This document shows, in pieces, positions 1 through 9,333 of a stretch of 64,000 nucleotides of DNA (position 1 is the first letter of the stretch; every line of letters starts with the position of its first letter). This DNA comes from an uncultured Bacillota bacterium (GTDB taxonomy: Bacteria > Sysuimicrobiota > Sysuimicrobiia > Sysuimicrobiales > Segetimicrobiaceae): positions 60,540 to 124,539 of the forward strand of contig CAWDRG010000006.1 in assembly GCA_963804645.1 (NCBI GenBank). The letters are read 5' to 3'. The notes under the pieces are model-generated. The model had not been told where the DNA came from. It worked only from the letters and a program-made list of their open reading frames with translations, and did not search any database. The position numbers and the translations under genes were made by a program.

Positions 1-1
1 C

Positions 2-529
2 GAGATCCTCGCGAACATCACGGCGATGCTCGGCGGCCGGGTGTCGGAGGAGATCACGTTCGGGGAGATCACCACCGGCGCAGCCAACGACTTCGAGAAG
101 GCGACCGATCTGGCACGGAAGATGGTGACCGAGTTCGGGATGTCCGACAAGCTGGGCCCCCTGACGCTGGGGAGCAAGCACGGGCCAGTGTTCCTCGGTC
201 GGGATCTCGTCGAGAGCCGGAACTACTCGGACGAGATCGCCTACGAGATCGACAAAGAGGTCCGGCGGATCATCGACGAGTGCTACGGCCGCGCCAGGCA
301 GGTTTTGGTCGAGCACAAAGAGCTGCTGGCGCGGATCGCGAACGCGCTGCTCGAGCGGGAGTCGCTCGACGGTGACGATCTCGATCTGCTGATCGCGGGG
401 CAGCCGCTGCCGCCGGATGTGGTCGTCGCTCCGGCGCCCGCACAGCCCGCGCCGACCCAGGACGTCACGACGTTCCCGCGGCCGGACACGACGCCCTCAC
501 CGGCCTTGTCGCCCAAGGTGACCGGCTGA
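2..529 (+). CDS. ftsH: ATP-dependent zinc metalloprotease FtsH, C-terminal part (5' truncated by window)
   Basis: LGGRVSEE..TTGAANDFEKATDLARKMVTEFGMS, peptidase M41 C-terminus. Confidence 0.95.
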   Translation, partial: EILANITAMLGGRVSEEITFGEITTGAANDFEKATDLARKMVTEFGMSDKLGPLTLGSKHGPVFLGRDLVESRNYSDEIAYEIDKEVRRIIDECYGRARQVLVEHKELLARIANALLERESLDGDDLDLLIAGQPLPPDVVVAPAPAQPAPTQDVTTFPRPDTTPSPALSPKVTG

Positions 530-672
530 CCAGCGTCGCGGTACAAGCGCGGCACGTTGCGTAACCGGCCGAGGGGGGAGCAGACGCTCCTCCCTCGGCG
601 GCACGTTCGGGGGATGCACGGCGCGCATGCGCGTGAGACGGCGGCGCGGCCGGGTGTTCGGGCCCGGGACGG

Positions 673-681
673 TGCTATAAT
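673..681 (+). promoter_or_regulatory. extended -10 promoter element
   Basis: TGCTATAAT upstream of an AGGAGG RBS and the GTG at 727. Confidence 0.6.
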
Positions 682-726
682 GGTGCAGCTCAGGCGGTCC
701 GCCGCCCGCAGCGCAGGAGGACCGGA

Positions 727-1306
727 GTGCTGAAGATCGGCAGATTTGAGTTCGGGAAGTCCGCCGCGCCGTCGACGTCTGGTCCGGGGCACCGTCACCG
801 GCCGCGGAAGACCGCGCGGCTCCTGAGAGACGCAGGGACGGACGATCCCGTGGGGGCACGCCGCGATCTACGCGGGGGTGGTGCTCGCGATCGCCGTCGC
901 GGTCGGGCTGTGGCAGCATTCGTATGACGTCCAGCAGGCCGCGCTCGACGCGCCGCTCCCGCCGCCGACGCCGCAGGTGGCCGCGCAGCGGCTCGTGGAG
1001 TTGGGCGTGGTCGGACCGGGCAACGTCAGCAACGTCACGTGGGACCCAAAGACCGCCGCGCTCGAGATGACCGTACGGGACGTGCTGATCAAGCCGGGCC
1101 AGTCAGTCGCCGAGCAGCGGAAGAACGTGCAGGCCGAGGGGGATCTCGCCGTGCACGCGATCCAGGGTGGATTTGCCGGCAGCAAGCTTGCGCCGCCCAA
1201 GGCGATCACGATCCATCTGACCCGCGGCACGAGCCCAGTCGCCACCACGTCGGTGGCGGCGGGGCAGACCGCGCCGACGACGGTGTTCGCCGGGGCCCTC
1301 CGATAG
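727..1306 (+). pseudogene. single-TM hypothetical protein, apparently frameshifted near 820-840
   Basis: RBS+GTG at 727 opens frame 1; the TM segment and body (TIPWGHAAIYAGVVLAIAVAVGLW...) are in frame 2, open from 827 to 1306. Confidence 0.5.
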
Positions 1307-1323
1307 ACGCGCGGCGGTTCGGG

Positions 1324-1363
1324 CACGACGAAGGCCCGCCTGCGCAGGCGGGCCTTCGTCGTG
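1324..1363. terminator. perfect 40-bp palindrome between convergent genes, probable bidirectional terminator
   Basis: cacgacgaaggcccgcctgc|gcaggcgggccttcgtcgtg. Confidence 0.75.
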
Positions 1364-1385
1364 GATCCGCGCTCCCCGAGCAGCC

Positions 1386-2102
1386 CTAGAAGGCGTAGAC
1401 CGCGCGCACGCTGGCCGTGACCGACACCATACCCGGGAGCACCGGCGTCTCGACGCTCTGCGCCGCGGCAAAGGCGAGGCGCGGGGTCGGGGACGCCTCG
1501 CTGAGGACTTCCAGCCGCACGAGGCGCAGCGGGCCGACGCCCGCGGCCTGGGCGAGGATCGTGGCCGTGTCCTTCGCGTTCTGCACCGCGAGCCGCAGGG
1601 CGCGCGTCTGATCGGCCTTCGCGTCGCGGAGCCCGAAAGAGATGCCCGCCACCTCGTTCGCGCCCGCGCCGACGCCGGCGTCGATCACGCGGCCAGTGAG
1701 CCGCAGGTCGTTCACGGTCACGACGATCCGGTTCGTCGCGGTGTAGCCGGTGATTTGGCCGTTCCCCGGGCCGGGCCGCCGCTGCGGGTTGAGCTCGACG
1801 CCGGTCGTGCGCATCTGGTCGGCCGGAATGCCGACCGCCGCGATCTGCCGGATGATCTCCGTCATCGTAGCACTGTTCGCGTTCTGCGCGTCCTGCGCCG
1901 TGGTCTTGGTCGTTTCCACCCCGAGCGTGACGGAGGCCTGGTCCGGCGTGTCGTCGACGGACCCCTGGCCGGCGACGACGATCGTGTGCGCGGCGTTCGC
2001 GGCGCCGGTCGACAGCGTCTCCTGGGCGTTGGACCACACGGGCATCGCCGTGATGGCCGCCGCCACCGCGAGCATGACCAGGATCCTCGTGTTCGTTCGC
2101 AT
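1386..2102 (-). CDS. SIMPL/DUF541 domain secreted protein
   Basis: Signal peptide MRTNTRILVMLAVAAA; IVVAGQGSV..PDQASVTLGVET..; ends VTASVRAVYAF; RBS GAGGGGG. Confidence 0.85.
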   Translation of the reverse strand: MRTNTRILVMLAVAAAITAMPVWSNAQETLSTGAANAAHTIVVAGQGSVDDTPDQASVTLGVETTKTTAQDAQNANSATMTEIIRQIAAVGIPADQMRTTGVELNPQRRPGPGNGQITGYTATNRIVVTVNDLRLTGRVIDAGVGAGANEVAGISFGLRDAKADQTRALRLAVQNAKDTATILAQAAGVGPLRLVRLEVLSEASPTPRLAFAAAQSVETPVLPGMVSVTASVRAVYAF

Positions 2103-2271
2103 CGATGTCCCCCCTCGGCGCGCCCGTGACTGTGCAGCCGTCCGGCGCCCGTTTCCCTGTTTCCAAACGCCGCCGGGGCGCGAATGGTTCCACGGCAGGG
2201 AAGGGTCGGCACCGGGACGAAACATCTGTCGGTTCGGCGGTCCGCAAGGCGGATCAGCCCCGGGAGGGTGC

Positions 2272-2631
2272 ATGTTCGCGCTCAACTTCTACTCCTCCCT
2301 GTTCGCGCACGCGCTGCGCGACGGGAGCAAGACGCTCACGATCCGGCTCGGCGACAAGCGGGACAAGTATCAGGCGGGCCAGCTGGTCTGGGTGACCGTC
2401 GGGCAGCGCTTCGGAACGCGGCAGCGGATCTTCACCGCGGTGATCGATCGGGTGGAGACGAAATCGGTCCGCGAGGTGTCCCCGCGGGAGATGGAGCGCG
2501 ACAACGCGGCCGTGCGCGACCACGACAGCCTGATCGAGTTCCTCTCGAAGATCTACAGCCGGATGATCATCCCCGAGGACGTCGTCACCGTGATTCACTT
2601 CTCGCACGTCACCGACGCGCGCGACGACTGA
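2272..2631 (+). CDS. ASCH domain protein
   Basis: LRDGSKTLTIRLG (GxKxxTxR motif); RBS GGAGGG. Confidence 0.8.
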   Translation: MFALNFYSSLFAHALRDGSKTLTIRLGDKRDKYQAGQLVWVTVGQRFGTRQRIFTAVIDRVETKSVREVSPREMERDNAAVRDHDSLIEFLSKIYSRMIIPEDVVTVIHFSHVTDARDD

Positions 2632-3500
2632 CTGAGCCGCGGCTCTCGCTGCGCACGCCCCCGCCGCCGCTTCGCGTCGGACCCACGGTCCTTGAGTTCG
2701 GCCGCCGGACGTACGTGTGCGGCATCATCAACATGACGCCCGATTCGTTCGCCGGGGACGGCCTCGCCGGCGACGCCGGCGCCGCGGAGGCGCGGGGGCA
2801 CGCGTGGCGCGCCGAGGGCGCGGACCTGCTCGACGTCGGCGGGCGCTCGACGCGGCCCGGGGCGCCGCCCGTGGACGTCGCGGAAGAGCTGCGTCGCACG
2901 ATTCCCGCGATCCGCCGCCTCGCGTCGGTCGGGCTGCCCCTGAGCGTCGACACCTCGTCCGCCGAGGTCGCGCAGGCGGCGCTGGACGCCGGGGCCGCGA
3001 TGATCAACGATGTGACCGCGCTGCGCGGGGATCCCGCGATGGGCGCTGTCGTCGCGCGCGCGGGCGTCCCGGTCGTGCTAATGGACGGGGACGACCGGAC
3101 CGGCGTGCCGGATCCGGTGTCGGAGACAGTCCGGTTTCTCCGCGAGCGGATCGGCGCGGCCGCCGCGTGCGGGATCGACACGCGCCGCATCATCGTCGAC
3201 CCGGGCTACGGGTTTGGGCTCGCCCTCTGGCAGAACATGGCGCTGCTCCGCCGTCTCGGCGAGCTGGGCGCGCTCGGCCGTCCCATCCTGGTCGGCACCT
3301 CGCGCAAAGGGAGCATCGGGAGAGTGTTGAACCTACCGGTCCATGATCGGGTGGAAGGGACCGCGGCCACGGTCGCCGTGGCGATCGCGCACGGCGCCGA
3401 CATCATCCGGGCGCACGACGTGCGTGCGATGGTGCGGGTCGCCCGCATGACCGACGCGATCGTGCGCGGCCGTGACGCGGCGCCCGGGGGCCCGGCGTGA
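2628..3500 (+). CDS. folP: dihydropteroate synthase (start uncertain: CTG 2628 or GTG 2715)
   Basis: GIINMTPDSF, DVGGRSTRPG, DPGYGF, GTSRK, RAHDV motifs. Confidence 0.93.
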   Translation: MTEPRLSLRTPPPPLRVGPTVLEFGRRTYVCGIINMTPDSFAGDGLAGDAGAAEARGHAWRAEGADLLDVGGRSTRPGAPPVDVAEELRRTIPAIRRLASVGLPLSVDTSSAEVAQAALDAGAAMINDVTALRGDPAMGAVVARAGVPVVLMDGDDRTGVPDPVSETVRFLRERIGAAAACGIDTRRIIVDPGYGFGLALWQNMALLRRLGELGALGRPILVGTSRKGSIGRVLNLPVHDRVEGTAATVAVAIAHGADIIRAHDVRAMVRVARMTDAIVRGRDAAPGGPA

Positions 3501-3862
3501 GCGACCGCATCGTGCTCGCGGAGATGGCCTTCCACGCCCATCACGGGGTGCTGCCCGACGAGCAGGAGGCGGGCCAGGTGTTCGTCGTCGACCTCGAGGT
3601 CGAGGCGGACCTGCACCGCGCCGGCCACACGGACGACCTCGCCGACACCCTGGACTACCGCGACCTCTACGCCCGTGTGCGCGAGGCGGTGACCGGCGAC
3701 CGCTGCCGCCTGCTCGAGGCCGTCGCGGAGGCGGTGGCGCACCGCGTGCTCGAGATCGAGCGCGTCCAGGCGGTGACCGTTCGGGTGCGCAAGCCGCACG
3801 TCCGGCTCGGCGGGCCGCTCGGGCACGCCGCGGTTGAGGTGACACGGCGGCGGCGCGCATGA
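3497..3862 (+). CDS. folB: dihydroneopterin aldolase
   Basis: FHAHHGVLPDEQEAGQVFVVDL..DDLADTLDY..LLEAVAE. Confidence 0.93.
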   Translation: MSDRIVLAEMAFHAHHGVLPDEQEAGQVFVVDLEVEADLHRAGHTDDLADTLDYRDLYARVREAVTGDRCRLLEAVAEAVAHRVLEIERVQAVTVRVRKPHVRLGGPLGHAAVEVTRRRRA

Positions 3863-5007
3863 TCGACGCGGGCGGCCTGCGCGCGGCGCTGCGCCGCGCC
3901 GCGTGGCTGGAGATCGGCTCGCTGTTCTGGCTCCTCGTCATGGGCGCGGCGGCGGTCGCCGCGGGGCTCGCGTCGCGCAGCCTGTCGGTGACGGCGTTCG
4001 GCGTGGTCGGCCTGATCGAGATGCTGTCCGCCTCGGCCGTGTTGTGGCGGCTTTGGATCGAGACCCTGGTCGGCTCCGTGTCCGGGACCGCGGAACTCGT
4101 CGAGCAGGCCGAGCGGGGCGCGGTACGCTTCATCGCCGTGAGCTTCGGCGCGCTCGCGCTCCTCGTGGCCGCCGGCGCCGCCCGCGCGGTGGCGGAGCGC
4201 GCGGTGCCCGCGCCGGGGCTCGGGGACCTCGCGGTCGCGTGCGCGGCCGCGCTCGTCATGCCGGGCCTGTGGGCCCTCAAATCGCGCGCGGGGCGCGCGA
4301 TCGGGAGCGCGGCGCTCGACGCGGACGCCGCCGGCAACCTGGCGTGCGCCGTCATGGCATGGGTGCTCCTCGCCGGCCTGCTGGCGCAGCGGGCGGGGCT
4401 GTGGTGGGCCGATCCCGCGGCGGCGCTCGTGATCGGCGCGCTGGTGGTCCGCGAGGCGTGGGGCACGTGGCAGTCGCGCTCCTGGGCGCCGCGCGATCCG
4501 GTGCGGGCGTTTCTGGGCCTGGGGTCGAACGTCGGCGACCGCGCCTACTGGCTCGCGGACGCGGCGGCGAAGCTTCAGGGGCCGGCGCTGAGCGTCGTCC
4601 GGCGCTCGCGCATCTACGAGACGCCGCCCTGGGGCAAGACCGATCAGCCGGCGTTCCTCAACCAGGTCCTCGAGGTTGAGACGACGCTCGCGCCGAGCGC
4701 GCTGCTCGCGCGCTGCCAGGCGGTCGAGCGGGCCCTCGGCCGCGTGCGCGCGGAGCGGTGGGGCCCCCGGGTGATCGACGTGGACATCCTGCTCTACGGC
4801 GACGCGGTGATCCGGGCGCGCGGCCTCACGGTGCCGCACCCCGATCTGGACCGGCGCGCGTTCGTGCTGGTCCCGCTCCTGGAGCTGCGGCCGTCCCTGA
4901 CGCTCCCGGACGGACGGACCGGGGCGGAGCTCCTGGCCGCGCTGCCGGACCGCACGGCGATCGTGCCGTGGGGCGCGGACACGCGGGGCGGCGCCGCGCG
5001 GGTCTAG
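3859..5007 (+). CDS. folK: HPPK (FolK) fused to an N-terminal multi-TM, cation-efflux-like domain
   Basis: C-terminal AFLGLGSNVGDR..YETPPWGKTDQPAFLN..RWGPRVIDVDIL..VPHP; N-terminal ~210 aa hydrophobic with WWADPAAAL. Confidence 0.88.
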   Translation: MIDAGGLRAALRRAAWLEIGSLFWLLVMGAAAVAAGLASRSLSVTAFGVVGLIEMLSASAVLWRLWIETLVGSVSGTAELVEQAERGAVRFIAVSFGALALLVAAGAARAVAERAVPAPGLGDLAVACAAALVMPGLWALKSRAGRAIGSAALDADAAGNLACAVMAWVLLAGLLAQRAGLWWADPAAALVIGALVVREAWGTWQSRSWAPRDPVRAFLGLGSNVGDRAYWLADAAAKLQGPALSVVRRSRIYETPPWGKTDQPAFLNQVLEVETTLAPSALLARCQAVERALGRVRAERWGPRVIDVDILLYGDAVIRARGLTVPHPDLDRRAFVLVPLLELRPSLTLPDGRTGAELLAALPDRTAIVPWGADTRGGAARV

Positions 5008-5043
5008 GATCCGCGCCGCGGGACGGAAGAAGGGAGACGTCGG

Positions 5044-5832
5044 ATGGAAGCCTACACGCGTGACGGCATCGCGGACCGGCTCGGCACGCGCGTGGTCGGC
5101 CGCCACGTGCGGTGGCACGATGTGCTGCCGTCGACGAACGAGCTGGCGATGCGCCTGGCCGAGATTCACGTGCCCGAGGGCACGGTCGTCGTCGCGGAGG
5201 AGCAGACCGCGGGGCGGGGCCGCCGCGGCCGCACGTGGGTGTCCCCGCGCGGGGGCATCTGGCTGTCCGTGATCCTCCGCCCACGCCTGCCGCTGGCCCA
5301 GCTCCCGCTCGTCGGCCTCGCGGTCGCGGTCGCCGCGGCGCGGGCGATTCGGGTCACTACGCGTCTCGCGGCCCGGGTGAAGTGGCCGAACGATGTCCTC
5401 GTCGACGGCGCCAAGGTCGCCGGCGTGCTGACCGAGGCCGGGCCCGACGGGGAGTGGATCGTCGTGGGGGTGGGCATCAACGCGAACGTGGAGCCCTCCG
5501 AGCTGCCCCACGATCTTCCGCAGCCGGCGCTGTCGCTGGCCGGCCGGTTGGGGGCGCCGGTGGACCGCGGCGAGCTCACGCGCCTCCTGCTGCGCGAGAT
5601 CGACCATGCGTACGGGCAGCTCCAGGAGGCCGCGGGCGCCGCGCACGTCGTGCGGTCGTGGCGGGAGATGGCGGACACCCTCGGCCGCCCGGTGCGCGTG
5701 GAAGGCCAGGGCCGCGCGCTCGACGGGATCGCGGTGGACGTGGACGATCTGGGCGCGCTGCTGGTGCGAACCGCGGACGGCGCGGTCGAGCGCGTGGTGG
5801 CCGGCGAGGTGACGCTGCGGGGGCTCGAATGA
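5044..5832 (+). CDS. birA: biotin--acetyl-CoA-carboxylase ligase (no HTH)
   Basis: STN, EEQTAGRGRRGRTW, KWPND, KVAGVL motifs. Confidence 0.93.
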   Translation: MEAYTRDGIADRLGTRVVGRHVRWHDVLPSTNELAMRLAEIHVPEGTVVVAEEQTAGRGRRGRTWVSPRGGIWLSVILRPRLPLAQLPLVGLAVAVAAARAIRVTTRLAARVKWPNDVLVDGAKVAGVLTEAGPDGEWIVVGVGINANVEPSELPHDLPQPALSLAGRLGAPVDRGELTRLLLREIDHAYGQLQEAAGAAHVVRSWREMADTLGRPVRVEGQGRALDGIAVDVDDLGALLVRTADGAVERVVAGEVTLRGLE

Positions 5833-6821
5833 GGCCGTTCCCCGCGGGGCGCCTCACGGACGTCCCCGGGCTCTCGGTGGGGCACGCGACCGATCTCGAG
5901 CACCTGACCGGGTGCACGGTCGTCCTCTGCGAGCGCGGGGCGGTGTGCGGCGCGGCGTCCCTCGGCGGCGCGCCGGGGACCCGTGAGACGGATCTGCTGC
6001 GGCCCGAGAACGTCGTTGATCGCGTCCACGCGATCGTGCTGGCCGGCGGCAGCGCGTTCGGGCTGGCGGCCGCCGATGGCGTGATGCGCTGGCTTGCGGG
6101 TCGCGGGGTGGGATTCGAGACGGCGGCCGCGCGCGTACCGATCGTGCCCGCCGCGGTCCTCTACGATCTCGGGATCGGCGGCGCTGCGGCGAGACCGGAC
6201 GCCGCGATGGGCGAGCGGGCGTGCCGGGACGCCTCGGCCGGAGACGTGATGGAAGGGTGCGTCGGCGCCGGGACGGGTGCCACCGTCGGCAAGGTCTTCG
6301 GGCTCGCGGGGGCCATGAAGTCGGGGATCGGCACGTGCAGCGTGTCGGTCGCGGGCGGCGCGATCGTCGGGGCGCTGGTCGTGACCAACGCGTTCGGAGA
6401 TGTGGTGGATCCCGCGACCGGCGCGATCGTCGCCGGGGCGCGCGATCCCGCGACGGGGACGATGCCCGGCACGTCGGTGCGTTTGCGGAGCGCCGGCCGA
6501 GGCGCCGGGGCGGGACTCGGACCGGACCGGGCGCAGCACACCACCCTCGGCGTCGTCGCGACCGACGCCGCGCTCACGGTGGCGGAGGCGACGCGGCTCG
6601 CGCTCGCCGCGCACACCGGGCTCGCCCGCGCGGTCCGCCCGTCGCACACGTCCGTCGACGGCGACACGATGTTCGCGCTCAGCACGGGCTCGTCCAGGGC
6701 CGACCTGCTCGTCCTGGAGGCGGCCGCCGCGGACGCCGTGGCCGAGGCGATCCTGCGCTCGGTGCGCGCGGCGCGCACGCTCGGGGGCGTGCCCGGGCTC
6801 GCGGGGGAGGGGTCGGGATGA
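5829..6821 (+). CDS. P1/S58 family peptidase (DmpA-like)
   Basis: LTDVPGLSVGH, GGAPGTRETDLL, GGSAFGL, HTSVDGDTMFALSTG. Confidence 0.88.
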   Translation: MRPFPAGRLTDVPGLSVGHATDLEHLTGCTVVLCERGAVCGAASLGGAPGTRETDLLRPENVVDRVHAIVLAGGSAFGLAAADGVMRWLAGRGVGFETAAARVPIVPAAVLYDLGIGGAAARPDAAMGERACRDASAGDVMEGCVGAGTGATVGKVFGLAGAMKSGIGTCSVSVAGGAIVGALVVTNAFGDVVDPATGAIVAGARDPATGTMPGTSVRLRSAGRGAGAGLGPDRAQHTTLGVVATDAALTVAEATRLALAAHTGLARAVRPSHTSVDGDTMFALSTGSSRADLLVLEAAAADAVAEAILRSVRAARTLGGVPGLAGEGSG

Positions 6822-7120
6822 TCGTAGAGATCGCGATGCTGTCGGTGCGCCGTGGGGAGGAGGAGGCATTCGAAGCCGCCTTCGCCGAGGCGGCGCCGAT
6901 CATCGCGTCGATGGCGGGGTACCTCGGACACGAGCTGCTCCGCTGCGTCGAGGCGCCGCACCGGTACGCACTGCTCGTCCGGTGGCGGACCCTCGAGGAC
7001 CACACGGTCGGGTTTCGCCAAGCCCCGGCGTACCAGGAGTGGCGGCGGCGGCTGCACCACTTCTACGAGCCGGCGCCGGTCGTCGAGCACTTCGCTCCGG
7101 TCTCGCCGACGCCGCGGTAA
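6818..7120 (+). CDS. antibiotic biosynthesis monooxygenase family protein
   Basis: MIVEIA..YALLVRWRTLEDHTVGFR..LHHFY. Confidence 0.85.
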   Translation: MIVEIAMLSVRRGEEEAFEAAFAEAAPIIASMAGYLGHELLRCVEAPHRYALLVRWRTLEDHTVGFRQAPAYQEWRRRLHHFYEPAPVVEHFAPVSPTPR

Positions 7121-7285
7121 GGCGGCGGCCCGGTGTGCGGGCCCTGGCAAGCCATAAGTAAGTGTTACCAGGCCGGTCTTCCCCAATTGGCAGGAGCCCA
7201 GGGTCAAAAACGGAAATCCTGGCTTGCATGACTATCCTCCACTGTCTTGCAAATGAACTGTATCTGGAACTTCTAGGATGAGAAC

Positions 7286-7705
7286 ATGAAAAAGTCGGGC
7301 GCGAACCAAGGCCAGTCGGCATCGGAGCTCATCTCGAAAAGAATCGCCGAACTCGGGGACTGGCGCGGGGAAACCCTCAGCAGAATGCGCAAGCGCATCA
7401 AGGAGGCAGACCCGGACGTTGTCGAGGAGTGGAAGTGGATGGGCACTCCGATTTGGTCGCACGACGGCATCATCTGCACTGGCGAATCCTACAAGAATGT
7501 CGTGAAGCTTACCTTCTCCAAGGGCGCGTCTCTGAAAGATCCGTCCCGTCTCTTCAACTCGAGTCTCGACGGAAACGCACGCCGCGCGATCGACATCCAC
7601 GAAGGAGAAGACGTTGACGAGTCCGCCTTCAAGGCGCTCGTTCGCCAAGCGGTCGCCCTCAACAGTTCTGGCAAGTCGAAACCTTCGAAGAAAGCGAAGT
7701 CGTAA
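7286..7705 (+). CDS. DUF1801 (YdhG-like) protein
   Basis: [42 protein letters not shown]. Confidence 0.88.
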   Translation: MKKSGANQGQSASELISKRIAELGDWRGETLSRMRKRIKEADPDVVEEWKWMGTPIWSHDGIICTGESYKNVVKLTFSKGASLKDPSRLFNSSLDGNARRAIDIHEGEDVDESAFKALVRQAVALNSSGKSKPSKKAKS

Positions 7706-7809
7706 GGGATTCCGCCCCTGAACAGGTCCGACATCGGGGTGGCGGAGGTGTCGTTCCGCCCGAGCGTACCCAGGTTGAAGATGGCCCCGACGGTCGCAAG
7801 GAGCGAATA

Positions 7810-8264
7810 GTGGGAATACCGGTTGAGGAGCGTCCCGGGTTTGGTGCGGCCGTAGAGGCGGCGGTTGAGATGCCGTTTCTTCTGGCCCAACCGGCGATCG
7901 ATGGTGCGGGCACTGATGGTGCGGCGGGCCCGTTCCACATGCAGCGGGATGGTGAACCGCCGCTTCGCCCAGGGGAACCACAGCGGCAGCAGGGCCTTGA
8001 GCCGTATCGACCACGGATACCCGGCCGCCTCCCAAATGTGCATGAGGAGCGTCGGGGTCCGGGGCCCATAGGGCGAGGGGCGCCCCGACCGCCGGCGTGG
8101 CGGAGTGGTGCGGGGTGGCCGGGCGAACGCCCGAATGGCAGCCTTGCGATGATACTGCAGGGTGGCACAGGCATCGGTGCGCAATTGCGACTTCACCGCA
8201 CGAGACGCGTGCACGTACCGATGCTGCATCGCCTGAAGGTCCTCGCGCTAGCCTTGGGGGTCAC
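7810..8264 (-). pseudogene. truncated N-terminal part of an integrase-domain transposase
   Basis: [44 protein letters not shown], then similarity stops; frameshift just after the start. Confidence 0.7.
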
Positions 8265-8517
8265 CGGGGTCTCCTGAGTCGCAAGATAGGGGCGTCGCTG
8301 GGTAACACAAATTTTGGCGCGACGATCCAATCCCCGGTAACGCTTTACCTGGCTTGATACGCGGGCTTGCCCCGGGCGGACGGGCCTGCTACGCTACGGA
8401 TGGCCGATATCCCGCGCGGAATCGGACCGGCCGCTCCGGCTCGTCGCCTCCGCTCCCTGATCCCCGAGCGAGACCGTCCGGTCCTGGCGGGCACCCTTGG
8501 AACGGAGGCGTCCTCCG

Positions 8518-9333
8518 ATGCTCCTCGCCGTCGACGTCGGCAACACGCTGATCAAGCTCGCCCTGTACCGCGGGGAGACGCGCGTGGCGCATTGGTCGAT
8601 GGCCACCGATCGCGGGCGCACCGCCGACGAATACGCGATGCTCTGGCGGCAGTTCCTCGAGTTCGGCGGCTACCGGTTCGCGGACGTCTCCGCGGTCGCC
8701 GTCGCATGCGTCGTGCCCCAGCTCGCGGAGACGCTGCGGCGGCTGTGCCGCGACTACCTGGGCCAGACGCCGCTTGAAGTCGGGCCCGGAATCCGCACCG
8801 GGATGCGCATTCTGTACGACAACCCACGGGAAGTCGGCGCCGACCGCATCGCCAACGCGGTCGCGGCGTACGCCCGCTACGGCGGGCCCGTGATCGTCGT
8901 GGCGCTCGGCACCGCGACGGTCTTCACCGTCGTCTCGAAGGACGGGGAGTTCCTGGGGGGTGCCATCGCGCCGGGCATCGGGATCTCGGTCGAGGCGCTC
9001 GTGCAGCACGCCGCGCAGCTGCGCAAGGTCGAGCTCGTCCGTCCGAGCCAGGTGATCGCCCGCAACACGGTGGCCGCGATGCAGTCCGGCGTGCTGTACG
9101 GCGTCATCGGGCAGATCGAAGGCATCATCGCGCGGATGCGCGCGGAGCTGGGCGCGCCGGCGGCGGTGGTGGCGACGGGGGGCTACGCGGAGCTGGTCGG
9201 TGCGGCGTGCCGCTGCGTCGACCACGTGGACCCGCTCCTGTCGCTCGAGGGGCTGCGCCTCCTCCACGATCGTAACAGCGTGGCGCCGGGCGCAGGAGAG
9301 GCCCGCACGGAGGTCCAAGACACGGCGAGATGA
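8518..9333 (+). CDS. coaX: type III pantothenate kinase
   Basis: LLAVDVGNT, NPREVGADRIAN, GTAT, GGAIAPG, VATGG. Confidence 0.93.
   Translation: MLLAVDVGNTLIKLALYRGETRVAHWSMATDRGRTADEYAMLWRQFLEFGGYRFADVSAVAVACVVPQLAETLRRLCRDYLGQTPLEVGPGIRTGMRILYDNPREVGADRIANAVAAYARYGGPVIVVALGTATVFTVVSKDGEFLGGAIAPGIGISVEALVQHAAQLRKVELVRPSQVIARNTVAAMQSGVLYGVIGQIEGIIARMRAELGAPAAVVATGGYAELVGAACRCVDHVDPLLSLEGLRLLHDRNSVAPGAGEARTEVQDTAR

Larger units (their letters stand above)
7148..8356. mobile_element. degenerate IS-derived element carrying a DUF1801 passenger gene
   Basis: Imperfect terminal inverted repeats caagccataagtaagtgttacc (7148-7169) / ggtaacgctttacctggcttg (8336-8356); extra ggtaacac at 8301; lower GC; truncated transposase inside. 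Confidence 0.5.
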
